From Octopus sinensis (Eukaryota): a stretch of DNA of 64,000 nucleotides. The stretch is from assembly GCF_006345805.1 (NCBI RefSeq), contig NC_043012.1, positions 1,922,001-1,986,000 of the forward strand, read 5' to 3'. Under the pieces are notes generated by a model that was not told where the DNA came from, made no database searches, and was given only the letters and a program-made list of their open reading frames with translations. This document shows, one piece after another, positions 27,080-42,030 of the stretch; position 1 is the stretch's first letter; every line of letters starts with the position of its first letter. The position numbers were made by a program, and so were the translations under genes.

Positions 27080-27345
27080 GCTAAGAGTTGCTGAAGCATG
27101 GAACAAACTGCCGACATCAGTTCTTAGTTGCCGGAGCACTGCATCCTTCAAAACTTCCATGCTTCCTGAGATTCGCCAACACTACACCTGATTTTCTCCC
27201 CTCCATACACACGCAAGCATGTATCTGACTCATACACTGTTCACTTCCCAGACATTTGTACATTACTGCATATGCTTTATACATACTTTTGACAAGTTGT
27301 GGTGCACCTGAGCACTGTATACAATAATTTCATTATTATTATTTT
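27080..27345 (+). mobile_element. CR1-clade LINE 3' end
   Basis: RVAEAWNKLP remnant and tail cacctgagcactgta...(ATT)n; homologous to 52060-52230. Confidence 0.8.
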
Positions 27346-27419
27346 TATGTGTGAATGAAGTACACGCAAGGAGTACAATACAGGGCTGATCTATTCCATC
27401 TCAATCACAGATTTAAAAT

Positions 27420-27880
27420 ATATTTTTTTAACTAAACAGTTTGAAACTTCGAATACTCGTAGAATTTCTCACGTACGGTTTACTCTGAACGTTTTTGACA
27501 AAATTTCGTATTTTAGAAGTTATATCGTGTTAAAGTTGTCGTATTTGGGTAATTTTAACCAATCAATGACGTGTATTTAGCTGAAGAAATGTTCTGCTGT
27601 TTGCAAAAGATCAACAACTTCCGGGTCATCTCTATGAAATGCATTTGGATATTTTTACTTACTGCCTGTGATTATTTTCACCACTCTGGCAGCTTTTCCT
27701 TTTGAACGGCAGTTTTCAACACAATTTCTAGTTAACTAAACACTTTTAAACTTCGTACACTGGTAGAATGTGTCAAAATAAAACATTTTTTTCTCTTGGC
27801 TTTCTTGAGAAAATTGTAATCTGTAAGTTGAACGTAGTTTAATTTTTCGAATTTTAACCAATCAATGGCCTTTATTGCTG
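27420..27880. repeat. Interspersed repeat, two partial units; also at about 42740-42840 and 43570-43735
   Basis: Recurring actaaacacttttaaacttcgtacactggtagaatgtgtca...ttaaccaatcaa. Confidence 0.6.
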
Positions 27881-27896
27881 CGTCTAAAACTGAGAC

Positions 27897-28450
27897 AACT
27901 TCCTGGAAAGTACCGAGGATGGGTACTTCCTGGAAAGTTCCGATGATCGGACTTGCCGGGAAGTTCCGATGATATGATTTCCTGGAAAATTCCAAGGATG
28001 GGGACTTCCTGTAATGTTCCGATGTTTTCCTGGAAAGTTCCAGGGATGTGTCTTCCCGGAAAGTTCCGAGGATTTCCTGTAAAGATCCGATGATGAGTAC
28101 TTCCTGGAAGGTTCCGAGTATGTGTCTTCTTGGAGAGATCCGAGGATGGGCAGTTCCTGGAAAGTCCTGATGATTGGATTTCCTAGAAAGTTCCCAGGAT
28201 TGGGCAGTTACTGGAAAATTCCATGATGGAACTTCCTAGAAAGTTCCGAAGATGGGTCTTCCTGGAAAGTCCCGCTGATGGGGACTTCCTTGAAAGTTCC
28301 AAGGACTTTCTGGATAGTTCTGGGTGTTTCCTGGAAAGTTCTGGGGGTGGGGACTTCCTGGAAAATTCTGAGGATGGGTCTTCCTGGAAAGTTCCGAAGA
28401 TGAGACTTCATGGAAAGTTCTGAGGATGGGGACTTCCTGGAAAGTAACAA
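27897..28450. repeat. Degenerate ~26-27-bp minisatellite (about 20 units; consensus ~ACTTCCTGGAAAGTTCCGAGGATGGGG)
   Basis: Visible periodicity; about 16 TTCN3GAA palindromes counted by hand. Confidence 0.9.
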
Positions 28451-29455
28451 GGATGGGTGGGTGGTGTGTTAAGTTGATTACATTAACTCCAGTGCTCAAC
28501 TGTTACTTATTGACCCTGAAAGCAGAATCTGAACTACTGTTGATGTAATAACAGACCAGTACATAGTACAATAATACATTTGATAGGATAATATTTGTAG
28601 ATGTGAGACCTGATAGTGAATTAGCTAAGAGATTTAGAAGAATCCTCTAACAATCTCAGCTTAAAATCAAAATTGTAGCTAAATCCTTTAAATTATCTGT
28701 AAGCCCTAACCTTTTGCAATGAACAGTTACAAAAATGGCTGCAAAATATGTGCCATAGGTTATGATGAAAGGACTTTCATTAATTGATAATCAATAGATA
28801 ATAATAATAACAATTAATTAATAATTGTAATAAAACTGAAATGCAATATAACGTGTGCATGTGTTTTATTAGCAGAATGACCCCCACAATGTGCAAGTGT
28901 TTTCCTTTTATTAAGCTCTATCAAGTTAACATACTAATACACAAATTACAGAATTCTATCTTAATTCCTTTCACAAGACACTGGTCACCCAAAGGGTACA
29001 GTAGAAGCGATTTGCTTGATGTGCTGAAAACAGAATCAAATCAATTCCTCACCAGATCCGGTTGGGAAAAGAACTTCTAAGTATACTCTATGTTTGACAT
29101 TGTATTTTGGTTTATATTTTGAATAATTTACTTCGTTGTTTATTTTTCAGTAGGTTCAAAGACAGAAGTGATAATAAGTGAGTTTTAAGAAGGCCAAACT
29201 AGTCGCTTTGCTCCTCATTTGAAACTGCTATGGTGTGATGTGATTTAGTCACAGGTCCTGTTTTCACTTGATATCACATGGAATTCCACTCTACAGAGCT
29301 GGCCTGTTAGAGCTCCTTACAACAGAACTGACCATCTAAATTGTTGTAGACAGAAAAATAAGGAGAAAACAAAATAATTTCCATTCATCTTCAAAATGTT
29401 GGATAAAGAAAGAAAGAATGAAAAGGACAAAAGTTTTGTTTTGCTGCTTTTATTG

Positions 29456-29638
29456 TTAATATGTGACTTCTGAATATGTAGCCTGTGGACATGTGATGTG
29501 TCTGCCACCATCAACAGGAAACAAGGCCCCTGTGATGAAGGAACTGGCGTCAGAGGCTAAAAATGCAATTGCTGTAGAGATGTCATCGACTTCTCCTACA
29601 CGTCCAAGAACATGGGTCCTTCTGGATTTCTCTAGAAA
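29456..29638 (-). CDS. SDR B exon 9 ([16 protein letters not shown]...TYSEVTY*)
   Basis: ttgcag acceptor, TAA stop. Confidence 0.92.
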   Translation of the reverse strand, partial: FLEKSRRTHVLGRVGEVDDISTAIAFLASDASSFITGALFPVDGGRHITCPQATYSEVTY

Positions 29639-32600
29639 CTGCAAAGATATAGAGTCCTTTTGAAAATGGTCAGTGACATACTCAGGCAGTACATGGCCAA
29701 ATCATACAGCTGAGAGAGCAATACACACACACACACAGATGTGCAACCAATACACACACATAGTCATATGGACAATATGGACACAGTTTAACAAACAACA
29801 TGCACACAGTTATTTAGCCAATACACAGACACGCAGATATGTGACAAACACAAACAGTTATCTAATCAATGCAATGTTGATGATAACCAAACAATATTTT
29901 TAAACTGTCACCTCACTGTATCTATGAAAGTAAATGTATTTATGCTTTGGGTTGCATAACTGATTTTCAAGAGTTGTATAATATACAGCTCACCCAGTAA
30001 ATTACATTGAATACAGCTGAGACACATCATCGTCATCATCATTTAACGTCTGTTTTCCATGCTGGCATGGGTTGGACGGTTTGACCCAGAGCTAGTAAGG
30101 CCAGGGACTACGCCAGCCTACATTGTCTTTTCAGGCATGGTTTCTACAGCTGGATGCCCTTCCTAATGCCAACCACTCCATAGAATATACTGCATGCTTC
30201 TAATGTGGCACCTGCACCAGTATCAATACTGCTGTGGTGGACAAGTCTTCTTGAGTACCATAAGGCACCAGATACCCCGGTCCTTGGTCATCTCCTTGGT
30301 AAGGTTCAATATCTTGAGATCAGCCTTCAATACTTCGTTCCGTGTCTTCCTGGGTCTCCCTCTCCCAGGAATTCCATCATCTTTAAGTGATCAGCACTTC
30401 TGTATACAACTGTCTGTCTAAATAACTTACTTAAAAGAATTTTTAAAAACAAAACTTATTTGGAGTAATAAACACAGGTAAAAATATTTGAACTTACTGT
30501 CTTCAATAGTCCAGTTGATACAAGAGTAAACTCAAGCAAACAAGAAATGATTAACTTTACCTGAGTGTAAACTTCTTCACTCATGCCTCCTCTCTTCTGT
30601 AGGTCAGTAACAATAACCCCAGGACTGGAATAACATGTAGAAGCACAAACAACTTAGCTGAGGGTTGCAAGATATAATCTGTATTAATATCATTATGAAA
30701 GTCACAGATGGTCAACTTGACCAAGTGAATAGCTAAGGGTTTTATAGCATATCAGCACAGCACCATGCTTAACTCTAGTTGGCTCACTCCACAAAGCTGA
30801 AATAGATCTCATGGTTAGGAGCTGTAATTAACAGTGACAGTAGTATATGTTTCATTAGGTTGCCGTGCTGAGTTCAATACCTGTAGGTTTATAATTTTGA
30901 GGGTCATGAGCTAGTTCGGTATTCCTCAACCATTTTTAACCCCTTTGATATCTATTTCACTCAGGTGGCCCTCCATAGACATTCAATGTTTGAAAAATTC
31001 TATTGTATTAGTATAATTAGGTATTATTAGAAAATGTATTTAAAAAATGTTAAAATATTTTGAGTATTATGGAAATATAAGCAATTTTTGCACATGAATT
31101 TTAACACCTGACTAAATCTTACCTGGACACCCAGGGCTATTACAGATACCCAGGGTTCATACAGACACCCAGGGGTCTTATGGATCCTAGCTGAGAACAA
31201 CAGAGCTAGGTAAATTTAACTTGTTCGTGATATACTCTAGATAAAAATGAAGTTTTCAGTTGTGCCACTTTGACCCAATGGGTTATGGCACACATTATCA
31301 TTATGATTTCAGAAACCTTCAAACTTATGAGAGAGGATCTACATAGTCATTTACCTTTCCAGAAATAGCAACCAAATCTCTCAAATCATGAAATATTACC
31401 TTTAAAAAAAAGGGAGACGGACATATTGGATAGTGTAGGGTGATATAAACTTTATCTGAAATTTAGTGGATGGTCATGGCTAGAGAGCCTTTGTTGATGA
31501 GTTTACTTAATCAAGGTTGACCTGAGACTGATATCAGTTGATCTGAGAACAATAAACTTCACTGGAGAGTCACAGGAAGCCAAGTTATTTTGGGATTGGT
31601 TCACTAACAGAAAGATCAATGGTTCAAATCCTATCATCAAAAAAATATTTGTGAGTATCTCAGATAACGATGATTAACCTGTAATTATTTAAGACAACAC
31701 TGTTTATGAATTGGTACCAAGTTGATAGATACGATAGCAAGTAAGTGTTTTAGAATGAAGCAGTATCCTATTTAGTTCCCGCAATGGGATAGAACACAAG
31801 ATAGATGTTTCCTGATATACCACCCAACAATTCCTGCCAAAGATACAAGAACAATTGTCAAGAGTGAAGATGATAAAATATATTTTAACATTAACTACAG
31901 TTTTTTATGCAGATGGTTGCTCTAAGTAATATATTCTCCCAAACAAATCTATTTTTCCATGTTATCCAAAGTACACTCTTGCGATTGTTCTATCATTTCG
32001 GTGTAAATCTACAATTTCAACAAGTACAGTGAAGTCTATATTTCACTGATGAGGTCATAATAAGGCTTAAGCATGTCAAGAGTTGTTTCTCATACTGACT
32101 GAACTAATTACAATAATAATCAGCGACTAATATCATTGTCTTTTCTTTTCATTACTACATTTATTACTAATTAACGTTTTTAATGCTTCCCACATACAAA
32201 ATTTTCACTCTTAACTTGACTAACTGAAAATAATATGTTAAAAGTAAATATGTATACAAAAGCATATCGATATTTAATAAACATATATTCTTGCTGTACA
32301 ACTGGGCTCTATGCTTAGACCATAATGTTGTGTGGAAGATTAGAGGAATGATTAAATTGAATAGTTTCAACATAGTGACTCATCTGGTTTCACTTCATAA
32401 ATACCAAAAGATAGTATCAAAGGTTACTTATTAAAATGTAAGCAACATTATACATAACACAACTCATTTACATAATGGCACAATGATTACTTATTCTACA
32501 TAATGCTATAAATATCTGAACATTAACAGGACTAGTGTGAAGATATGAGACTTACTTGACACTGTTTACACGCACTTTCTTTGATGCCAACTCTGGAAGA

Positions 32601-35600
32601 CATGGAATAAGGTGAAAAATTCTAAGTATATCATGGAATATTCAGATAAAACAATAATTGTTTTCATGGAGTAACTTCAGTAACTCTTCTCAAGTAAACA
32701 AAATATACAATGTTTGACAGCAATGTACAGTCTGTTTGATGTGATTAATAACATATTTGCTGAACTTTTGTTTTGTAATGGCTTACTGTGATCCCTCACT
32801 ACTTTGCGGTTCAACTATCGCGGATTCACAACTTCGTGGATTTTAAAAATATATATGTATGAACACCTAGAGACATCGATGCATTATTAGACTGCCACTC
32901 CCAGCCGCTAACCGACGCAGACCTCGAAGACTTGACGAAGTCGGCCAGCGAAGAAAAAGAAGAAACGCAGCAATAAACGGAAAAAGTTGTTGACCAAACT
33001 AGCTTGACTTTGGAACAGCTGGCCAAGCTCAGCAACCTGGCTAAAGAATTGAAAGAGGGGTCACAGGAATGGGACGACGATATGGTTCGTTCTGTGCAAT
33101 TTTGCAACAAGGTCAACGAAGTCATGATTCCCTACAAGATGCTCTTTGAACGGAAAAAGAAGCAGTGGCACCAACTTCCTATCACAATGTTTTTGCAGCC
33201 TCGCAAAGGAGAGCCAGTTCCTGCTGCTACTACTATGGTTGCACTTTCGGAAGAAGTGGAAGAGGTGTCCCAGGAAAGGGCACCGCCATCAGCTTCATCA
33301 TCATCATTTCTACTGTGCAGCAAATTCATCACCATCATTCAAATTTTACTTCAACTCCTTTCTTGTTGAGTACAGTAACAATCTTTATTGTTTTATAAAT
33401 CTAAAGTGTTATTGCTTAACAGTTGTCCTTGTTATTATCAGACTACTGTAATGGGTGGGTTGTTAACAATACAGGGAGGGTTTTAAAAGTCCAAATACAT
33501 GTTAAATAAATACTGTAAATATGGTGTCCCTACTTCGCGGAAATTCAGTTATCATGGATGGTCTCAGAACCAATCTACTGCGATAAACGAGGGATCACTG
33601 TAATTCAGAGCAGGAGGCAGAATCCACTGATCCAAACCTGGGGAGATCAATAGGGTATATATTCTGATTGAAGACTTGGAAATTTGACAGAAATGTATTT
33701 GTAATTGCAAGGGGTTAATATTCTGTGTGAGAAAGGATTGGGATCAGTGGAACAAAGGCGCAAGGTCTAGGCCTTGAGACACAGCAAGGAGAGGAGATAG
33801 GTGTGTGAGCTGAGCTTAACTGGAGGTTGCATGCAACTAATGTAGGACAGAGAGGTCAGGGCCTTGAGACATAGCTGGGATGACGAAAAGAGAGATGGGT
33901 GTGAGGCTGGACTTAGATGGAAGTGGCGTGTAATTAGTTACTTCAGAACAAAAGAAACTTGTGTTTCTGGACAATAAAAATTTGACTGAGTGTAGGTTTG
34001 AAAACTGATCTGCAGAACTCTCTGAATGTCACATCAATGCAGGGGCAGACTGAGAGTATTAAGGGTCCTCAGGCAAAACTGTTTACTGAACCCCTTAGCA
34101 TTGATATCAGTAGAGTTAACATGTAGAGTGTGAGCCCCTCAGAGCTCTGGGCCCTTTGGGCAGTACCTGATTGACCAACGGTTCAGTGTGCCTCTGCAAC
34201 AATGAAATGTACTTTGAATTTTTTTTGTAGTATGGCCTGCCTGATGATAAGCTGTTTCATGCAACCTGCTTCTCAAAATTGGTTGCTCATGTCTGTTCTA
34301 TATTGTCACATGATTTGCTAGAAATTACAGTCAAATCTTCCTCAAATCATCACAAACCAACATTTTAAAATAGATGAGACACATAGTTATGTTATATTAG
34401 TCACAGCAGGAGCCTTTTTGATCATAGGTCTGCTTGATCAAGGGCTAAACAACACAGAACTGAGAGAAAAATATAAGTGCAAAACATTTGAAAGGGAGAA
34501 AAACGAAATCCAACATACCAAGAGCAACAGTACAAGTGAACTGGTCCAAAGCACTTTTAGACATGTTGTAAACAAGACCTCCAGGAAACTGAAATACAAA
34601 TAATAAACTGAATTGAACAGACAAATTAAAATGTTCTAACATTATTCTATTTTTATAACAGTTTCTAAAGAGGAATTAACATGGATACTTGGAGAACCAG
34701 CTTAGGTAAATTCATGCTCTTTCTCAGTGTAAGACTGACTGTCTTACCATTACCAAGAGACTTATTGTAGAATTTATTTATTATAGAATACACTCTTTAC
34801 AAGTAATCTTAGTATAATCATAGCATAAAAAGTATCAAACTACCATTCCAAGTCTAAAAAGGGTAAAGAGTAAAGAACCCCTTTGGTCATGAATGACCAT
34901 GGGACTGAACCTAGAATGTTCCCTTCCGAGGCACAAGTCTGGACAAAGTTGTTTATAGAAGATCAGCTGCCGCACATGCATACCAGCCTCCCCTCTCCAT
35001 GCCACTGATGATATCCAAGGGAAAGGCTGATACAGCTTGGCACCAGTGATGTCACAACTCATTTCTACAGCTGAGTGAACTGGAGCAACGTGAAATAAAG
35101 TGTCTTGCTCAAGAACACAACACACAGCCCAGTCTGGGAATCAAACTCTCTACCTCATGGTTGTGAGCTCAACGCTCTAACCACTGAGCCATGAACCTAT
35201 TCAATATACAATCTCAACAGTATTTACCTGAAACAAAGACAATGTGTTGGTGGCAGGGCTGTTCCTTGTTCTAAGTTCTAACCCTGCAAAGGTCTATAAA
35301 ATTGAAAGACTATAACAATAAGGCATTTAGCACAGGGCCCTTGAAAATGTGTGGGCTCTGAAAATGCAGGGCCTGTTGCATGTGTTTATTACTAGGTTAA
35401 TCTAGCAAATGCTTGTGCTCATGCTCCAAATCAATATTAATCATCACCATCATCATTTAACATCCGCTTTCCATGCTGACATGGGTTGGAACGGTTTGAC
35501 AGGAGCTGGCCACAGGAGCCTGCACCAGACTTCTGTGCCTGTTTTGGTAAAGATTTTACAGCTGGATGCCCTTCCTAGATAACCCTTGCACTTATTGCAA

Positions 35601-38600
35601 TGTCACTCACAAGTAGAACAAGTGGGAATGTTTGCAAGAAACATCATCATCTTCTCAACAGCTACTTTTCCATGCTTGAACCCAGAACATAAACAATTCT
35701 GGCAGCTCAACACCTTATGTTACATATCAATATCCTGAAATATTCCTTCAAACTATTACAATTTCACTCACATCCCACAGTAAAAGTGGCATGACAGACT
35801 TTGCTAGAAACATTAACTCATTGCTATAAAAATACTAATTCTTCGAAATTTACAAAATTTAAGAGAAAAATAGACTTTCTCCAATTTTAATATGGAAATT
35901 GGAATTTGATCTTGAAGGAAAATCTAAAAAGTGTAATATAGTTGCTTTGGGAAGCAACGTTATTATAAAAACAAATCTTTTCTGAAAATGACTTACAGCT
36001 CTTAGACCGTCTATACTGGAAACATTCACTACAGATCCCTGTGTTGCTATCAAATGAGGCACTGCTAACATGGTCAACTGAAAGACAGACCTAGAGATAA
36101 AAAATTAGTCATCATCATCGTTATAACCCTCTGCGTTTTAACTTCTATGTTTTTACAATAAAGGTCAGATAAGGATTTACTGAGGCAGATTTTCTATAGT
36201 CGTATACCTTTCCTGATGCCAACCCTGACTTGTGTCCAATTAGTTTATAATTCCCTGAGTCTGTTGGACAAACAGTTCAGTGATGCTTTTGTGAAGGATT
36301 GCCGGGCATGGCTGTGTGGTTAGGGAGCTTGCTTCCCAACTACATGGTTTCGGGTTCAGTCCCACTGCCTGGCACTTTGGGTAGGTGTCTTCCACTATAG
36401 CCCCGAGTCGACCGAAGCTTTGTGATTGAATTCGGTAGGTGGAGATTACTGCCGTGCGTGTATATGTGCGTATAGCTGCTCAGTGCCTCTCCGAAAGAGA
36501 GAGAGGGGGTGATGCCCTTTGTTTTACAATCAGCCCCTATATATCAAGACATGTCAAAAGCCTGACAGCAAAAGAAACAGGATCTGTACGTGCATCTGTC
36601 TATCTGTATGTATGTATTTGATTCAATCAATGCTTGAATGAGCAGATGCATTAAGAAAAAGACAAAGAGAAATCAAAAGAAGATAATTAACTGCACAGTA
36701 AATATAATTAATGCCTTAGGAAATATCAACAATTACGTGAGCCAACACTGGAATGTGTTATGATGTGTCTGGTGGTTTATCCTTAATTTTCACTAAGAGG
36801 TATTTTGTCATATATGGACATGAAGCAAACATTTCATTCCTAGTATTTTCCAGTAACTGGAGGTTCTCAAGTCTTTTAAAAGATAGGAAATATATATACA
36901 GGAGCATTAAAGAAGCTCTCTTTACTCTCTTTTACTCTTTTACTTGTTTCAGTCATTTGACTGCGGCCATGCTGGAGCACCGCCTTTAGTCGAGCAAATC
37001 GACCCCGGGACTTATTCTATCGGTCTCTTTTGCCGAACCGCTAAGTTATGGGGACGTAAACACACCAGCATCGGTTGTCAAGCAATGCTAGGGGGACAAA
37101 CACAGACACACATACATATATATATATATATATAAACGACAGGCTTCTTTCAGTTTCCGTCTACCAAATCCACTCACAAGGCATTGGTCGGCCTGGGGCT
37201 ATAGCAGAAGACAGTTGCCCAAGATGCCACGCAGTGGGACTGAACCTGGAACCATGTGGTTGGTTAGCAAGCTACTTACCACACAGCCACTCCTGCTGTG
37301 TATATATGCAATAAGGTTCCTCCAGCTTCTGTCAATAATAGAGGACACTAACAAAATTCCACACAGCTGTTTAAAATATCTTGCAGATTTCTTTTTAAAC
37401 ATGTCTTTTACATAACTAATATATTTTTAATCATGTACAACTTCTGTTATATTGTTTGCACACCCAACATGTTTTTTATTGCATTGTTTATATATAAGCG
37501 CAATCAATAATTATATAGGTAATCAATGTTTATACATAATTAAGATGATTAACATTTAATTACAAATTTCTTACCGTACGTTAATGTTAAAGACTTCGTC
37601 ATATTGTTCCAAGCTTGTGGTTTCAATACTCCCATATGCTAAAATTCCAGCACAGTTCACCTGTTGACGCCATACAAAAGATAAACATAGTTTCTAAAGT
37701 GGATCTACAAGAAATAAGGCATTATGTGGAGGCAAAGAATGGCAGGGGAAAATAAGGGTTGAAAGGACAAAATAATGGCACCAAGAAAATGGTAAAAAAG
37801 GTTAAGACAATGTTAGTTCATTCTGTCATAACTCTATTTCAAATGAGACAGTCCATATTTAAATTCATTTTGAAACAAATCTTCATGTTCTTACTTTGAA
37901 TTCTGCCAAGGTTGACTTTGCCTCTCATCCTTTCGTCAACATCATCATCATCGTTTAACGTCTGTTTTCCGTGCTAGCACAGGTTGGACGGTTCGACCAG
38001 GGTCTGGGAAGCCAGGAGGCTGCACCAGGCTCCAGTCTGATCTGGCAGTGTTTCTACAGCTGGAGTGGTTGGCGTTAGGAAGAGGGTTGATAAATAAGTA
38101 CCAGTTAAACACTGGGGTCAATGTAATCAACTTACCCCCCCCCCCCGCCCCCTCCGTGCCAAGATTTGAAATCAATATTATAAGGGATGAGTATAGACAG
38201 AAGGTATGAGGGAAAAGGAAAAGGAAGCAAGCAATAGTTTAAGAATGGAAGTTTGAATTAATATATGAATAATATAAAACAAGCAGGGCTGGAATCAAAA
38301 CCAGAAGTGCTCTGAGGTGAACTGGTATAGAAAGGATTAAAGATAAGGTGTAAAGATTAGGAACACTAGAAATTGCAGCAGATTTAAGAAACAAATATAT
38401 TTACCAAAATGTTTAGTTTTCCAAAATGAGAAATGGTTTTCTCCATAATAGTTTTGACATCATCTTCCTTTGAAAGGTCAGCCACAACGATTAATGGCTG
38501 AAATAAGAAATAGTTTTCATTAAATAGCATCAATTTAAACAGACCACAGATGGGGAACCTTATCATTTATTGGGGTTTGAGTCTGTATTAAAAATTTCAT

Positions 38601-41600
38601 TTTCATAGGTTAACAAAAACAGTTGTTCAGTCCCAGGAAGGCAGGAATAGAAACATTGAAAGGCAATGAATGCTTAATTAATAGAGTGGCAGGCATTTTG
38701 CCTTGTAATATATTGTCCAAAATACAAATCACATAGAAGTTACTTTGTCATCTTTGCTTTATACCTTATTGTGGTGGTGGTGGTGGGGTGACGGTAGGCT
38801 GCATAAGATAAAATACCAGCCAACTATTAGGGTAAACTAAATCAGTTGTATTTTATACCTGTCATTAAAATGAGTCCTTGTGAGACTTGTTTGTTCCTTC
38901 TCAAGTCGTGCCTGGCTCATAGTGCTGGTTTCCCGGTTTCCTTGGCGTATAGGTTCCCCACCTGGATGGGACGCCGGTGAGCTGCAAGATGCAGGAGGAA
39001 AGAGTGAAAGAAAGTTGTGGCAAAAGAATCAGCAGAAGTTCGCCATTACTTTCTGCCAGAGCCGCGTGGAGCTTAGGTGTTTCGCTCATAAACACACACA
39101 CACCACCCGGTCTGAGATTTGAACCCGCGATCTCTCGACCGCGAGCCTGCTGCTCTAACCACTAGGCTATGTGCCTTCACAAATAAATATTCCTTCTTGA
39201 GCCATGCCAGGCTCATAAGGGCCACTTTCCTAATTTCAGTGGCGTAGAAATTCCCCCACCTGGATGGGATGCCAGTCCATCACAGGATTAGTCATTTTTG
39301 CCAGCTGAGTGGATTGGCGCAACGAGAAATGAAGTGTTTTGCTCAAGAACACAACGCGTCGCCTGGTCCAGGGATCAAAACCACAATCTAACATTCATCA
39401 ATCCAACACCCTAACCACTAAGCCAGGCTTGTGAGACTTACGTTAGAAATTATTAAACCTAGGCCAGCGTTAGTCAGTCTGACACAAGCTTAGTCCTTCT
39501 TCCTCAGAACTCTATTCCCTCTAGAACCTACTAGCTACATACATTTTACCTTGATATTTATCTATCTTGAAAACTTTGTGCATTGGACCTTGGCATGATT
39601 ATATACCTCACTAGACTGAGAAGATATTGAGAAGAAATGAAACTTTAGTTCCAGGTTAGCACTTCTGTTTACCTATATATATATATTACGTTTATCAATT
39701 CGTCTTTCAAGATTCCTGATGCGAAATCGTGTGTTGAAACAGATATTGTTGTATTTTGGGATGGTCATTATATATGCATGCAGAAGTCAGGCTTGCACAT
39801 CTACATGCATCTACGTATGTGATTGTTTTACCTTAGAACCATTTTTTTCACATTCATCGGCAGTTTTCTTCAAGTTGTCTTCTTTCCTGCCAGTAATAGC
39901 CAACTTTGCACCAAGTTTACTAAACAACACTGCAGTACCGGCACCAATACCAGAACTGGCACCTGAACAAAGAAATAATACATTAAAATGTTATACTCAT
40001 AGTCAAAGAGTTACATTTCACACACACACACTAATACATTGACACACTATAGGATGCATGGTAGCAGGATAGTCTTCTCCAAATCCAAACATGGAAAGAC
40101 TAAGTTTCAAAGCCATACCAGCTGGTGAATAATATTATCATATTTGATAATGTTGATCAGTGATAATAACCACTAGCAATTAATATTACTATATTTGGTA
40201 ATGTTAACTAGGGTTAATTTTCTCTATATCTCTAAATTTTATTATAACACCTACTGACATTTTTTCCAGTCAGTCATTGTTCACATCAGTTTTTGATAAG
40301 CATCGACAGACAGAAAAAAGTTTAACTTCCATGCCTAAAGATTTTATAGAATGTTCTAGAACTTTTGAGTGAATTTATAAAAGCTCTGGAAATCAGCTCA
40401 CTGTAGAGACTATTCTTGTTATGGCTTACATTTATAAGAAACCTCTCAACCAACATTTTGTGATAACTTCAATATTTTTAATCCATATGCACAACATGTG
40501 AAACTACATCATATGCACACACACATACACATATATATATATATATACACACACACAAGGGGATGCTGAAAAGGTCCAGGCTTTAAGGGTATCATGAAAG
40601 GCCTGTTTGGTGACCCAACTTTCTGAGTTGTAGTGATGAAAAACCCCTCCCAGTACACACAAAGTGATTGGTATAAGGAAGGGCAACCTGATATAGTTGA
40701 TATTGGCGCTCATTTTGGTCCTGTACTTGCTGGGTCCCATGATGATGAAAACTAATTAAAATGATTTAATTACCGTTTTATAGTATATTTCATAAACAAT
40801 AAAGTCTATACTTTAAAACTTGTGAAGACATTCGGGGAATCTAGCATGTTGTTTATATGTAGTCTTTTCGATTTTGTAAAGTTAACTTTTGCAAATTTAA
40901 AAGCAATAGAAAGTGTTGCCTTCACAGTGTTTACCGTTTTACAAAATCAAACTAGAAAACTGGACAAAACAGAGAACAGAATTGAAGAAATTAAAAAGAG
41001 AAAAAAAGAAAAAAAAACCCAAAACAATTCACCACTTTGGGTTGAAAAGTTGGAGGTGCTGGGAAACCTCTCTAATAGCTATTGAGACACGTCAACACGC
41101 TTGCAGCGTTGCCATAGGTGATGGCGAGGCTGATGTGCTGGAACAGCCAAGCGCCCTCATGAGCCTCACCAGTCACCTTTGAAAGGCTTAGTTGCCAGTG
41201 AAGACAGGAATCTCGCAGTTAGTGGTCCGACCCCACCAAATGTCTCGAACGCCACAGGTTGGAAAATGTAGTTGACCAACAGATCGCGGTATTTCAGGAT
41301 TTTGTCCCACTCGGCTGCAGAAGCTGAATATCTCGCCCTGAACACAGCATCCAGGATGTGAGAAGAAGCAAAGGAGTCGCTAACTGTGACATCCCAGACG
41401 AGGCATCTGCCGTGTGGTCAGGGGCACTGGTTGAGGCCGTCAGGTCTTTTCCCATCACATCTGGACAATCCAGATGGTTCCAAGATGGAGGGGATGTTTG
41501 CCCAGGTAAAGCCCCTCTTAAGTATCAGGTTTAACTCTGTGAGGCTCGTGAGGAGGCTTGGCTGTTACAGCACATCAGCCTCGCCATCAAGCGTGCTGCC

Positions 41601-41997
41601 GTGTCTCCATAGCCATTAGAGAGGTTTCCCAGCACCCCCAACTTTTCAACCCAAGGGGGTGAATTGTTTTGTTTTGTTGTTTTGTTCTTTTTTCAATCGT
41701 ACTCTCTGTTTTTTACAGTTTTCTAGTTTAATTTTGTAAAATGGTAAACACTGAGAAGGCAACACTTTCCATTGCTTTTAAATTTGTAAAAGTTAACTTT
41801 GAAAATCATTATTGGACTAATTAACTTCCGTTACATTTAGCCTCTGACCCCCCAAAAATGGCATTCCTTCGGTTTGACTCGACAAAGCAATAACAAGACC
41901 TCACTTATTTCCAAGACAACTCAATAATTCACTTCGGATATTTTCGTGACCTCCATGACAGTGACAGCTACTGTGTGTACACACAGAGGCAAGAACA

Positions 41998-42030
<33 letters not shown>

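Noticed and set aside
28208-28499. Repetitive ORFs (TFQEVP...)
   Set aside because: Translations of the minisatellite in several frames; unit length is not a constant multiple of 3 and there is no splice context.
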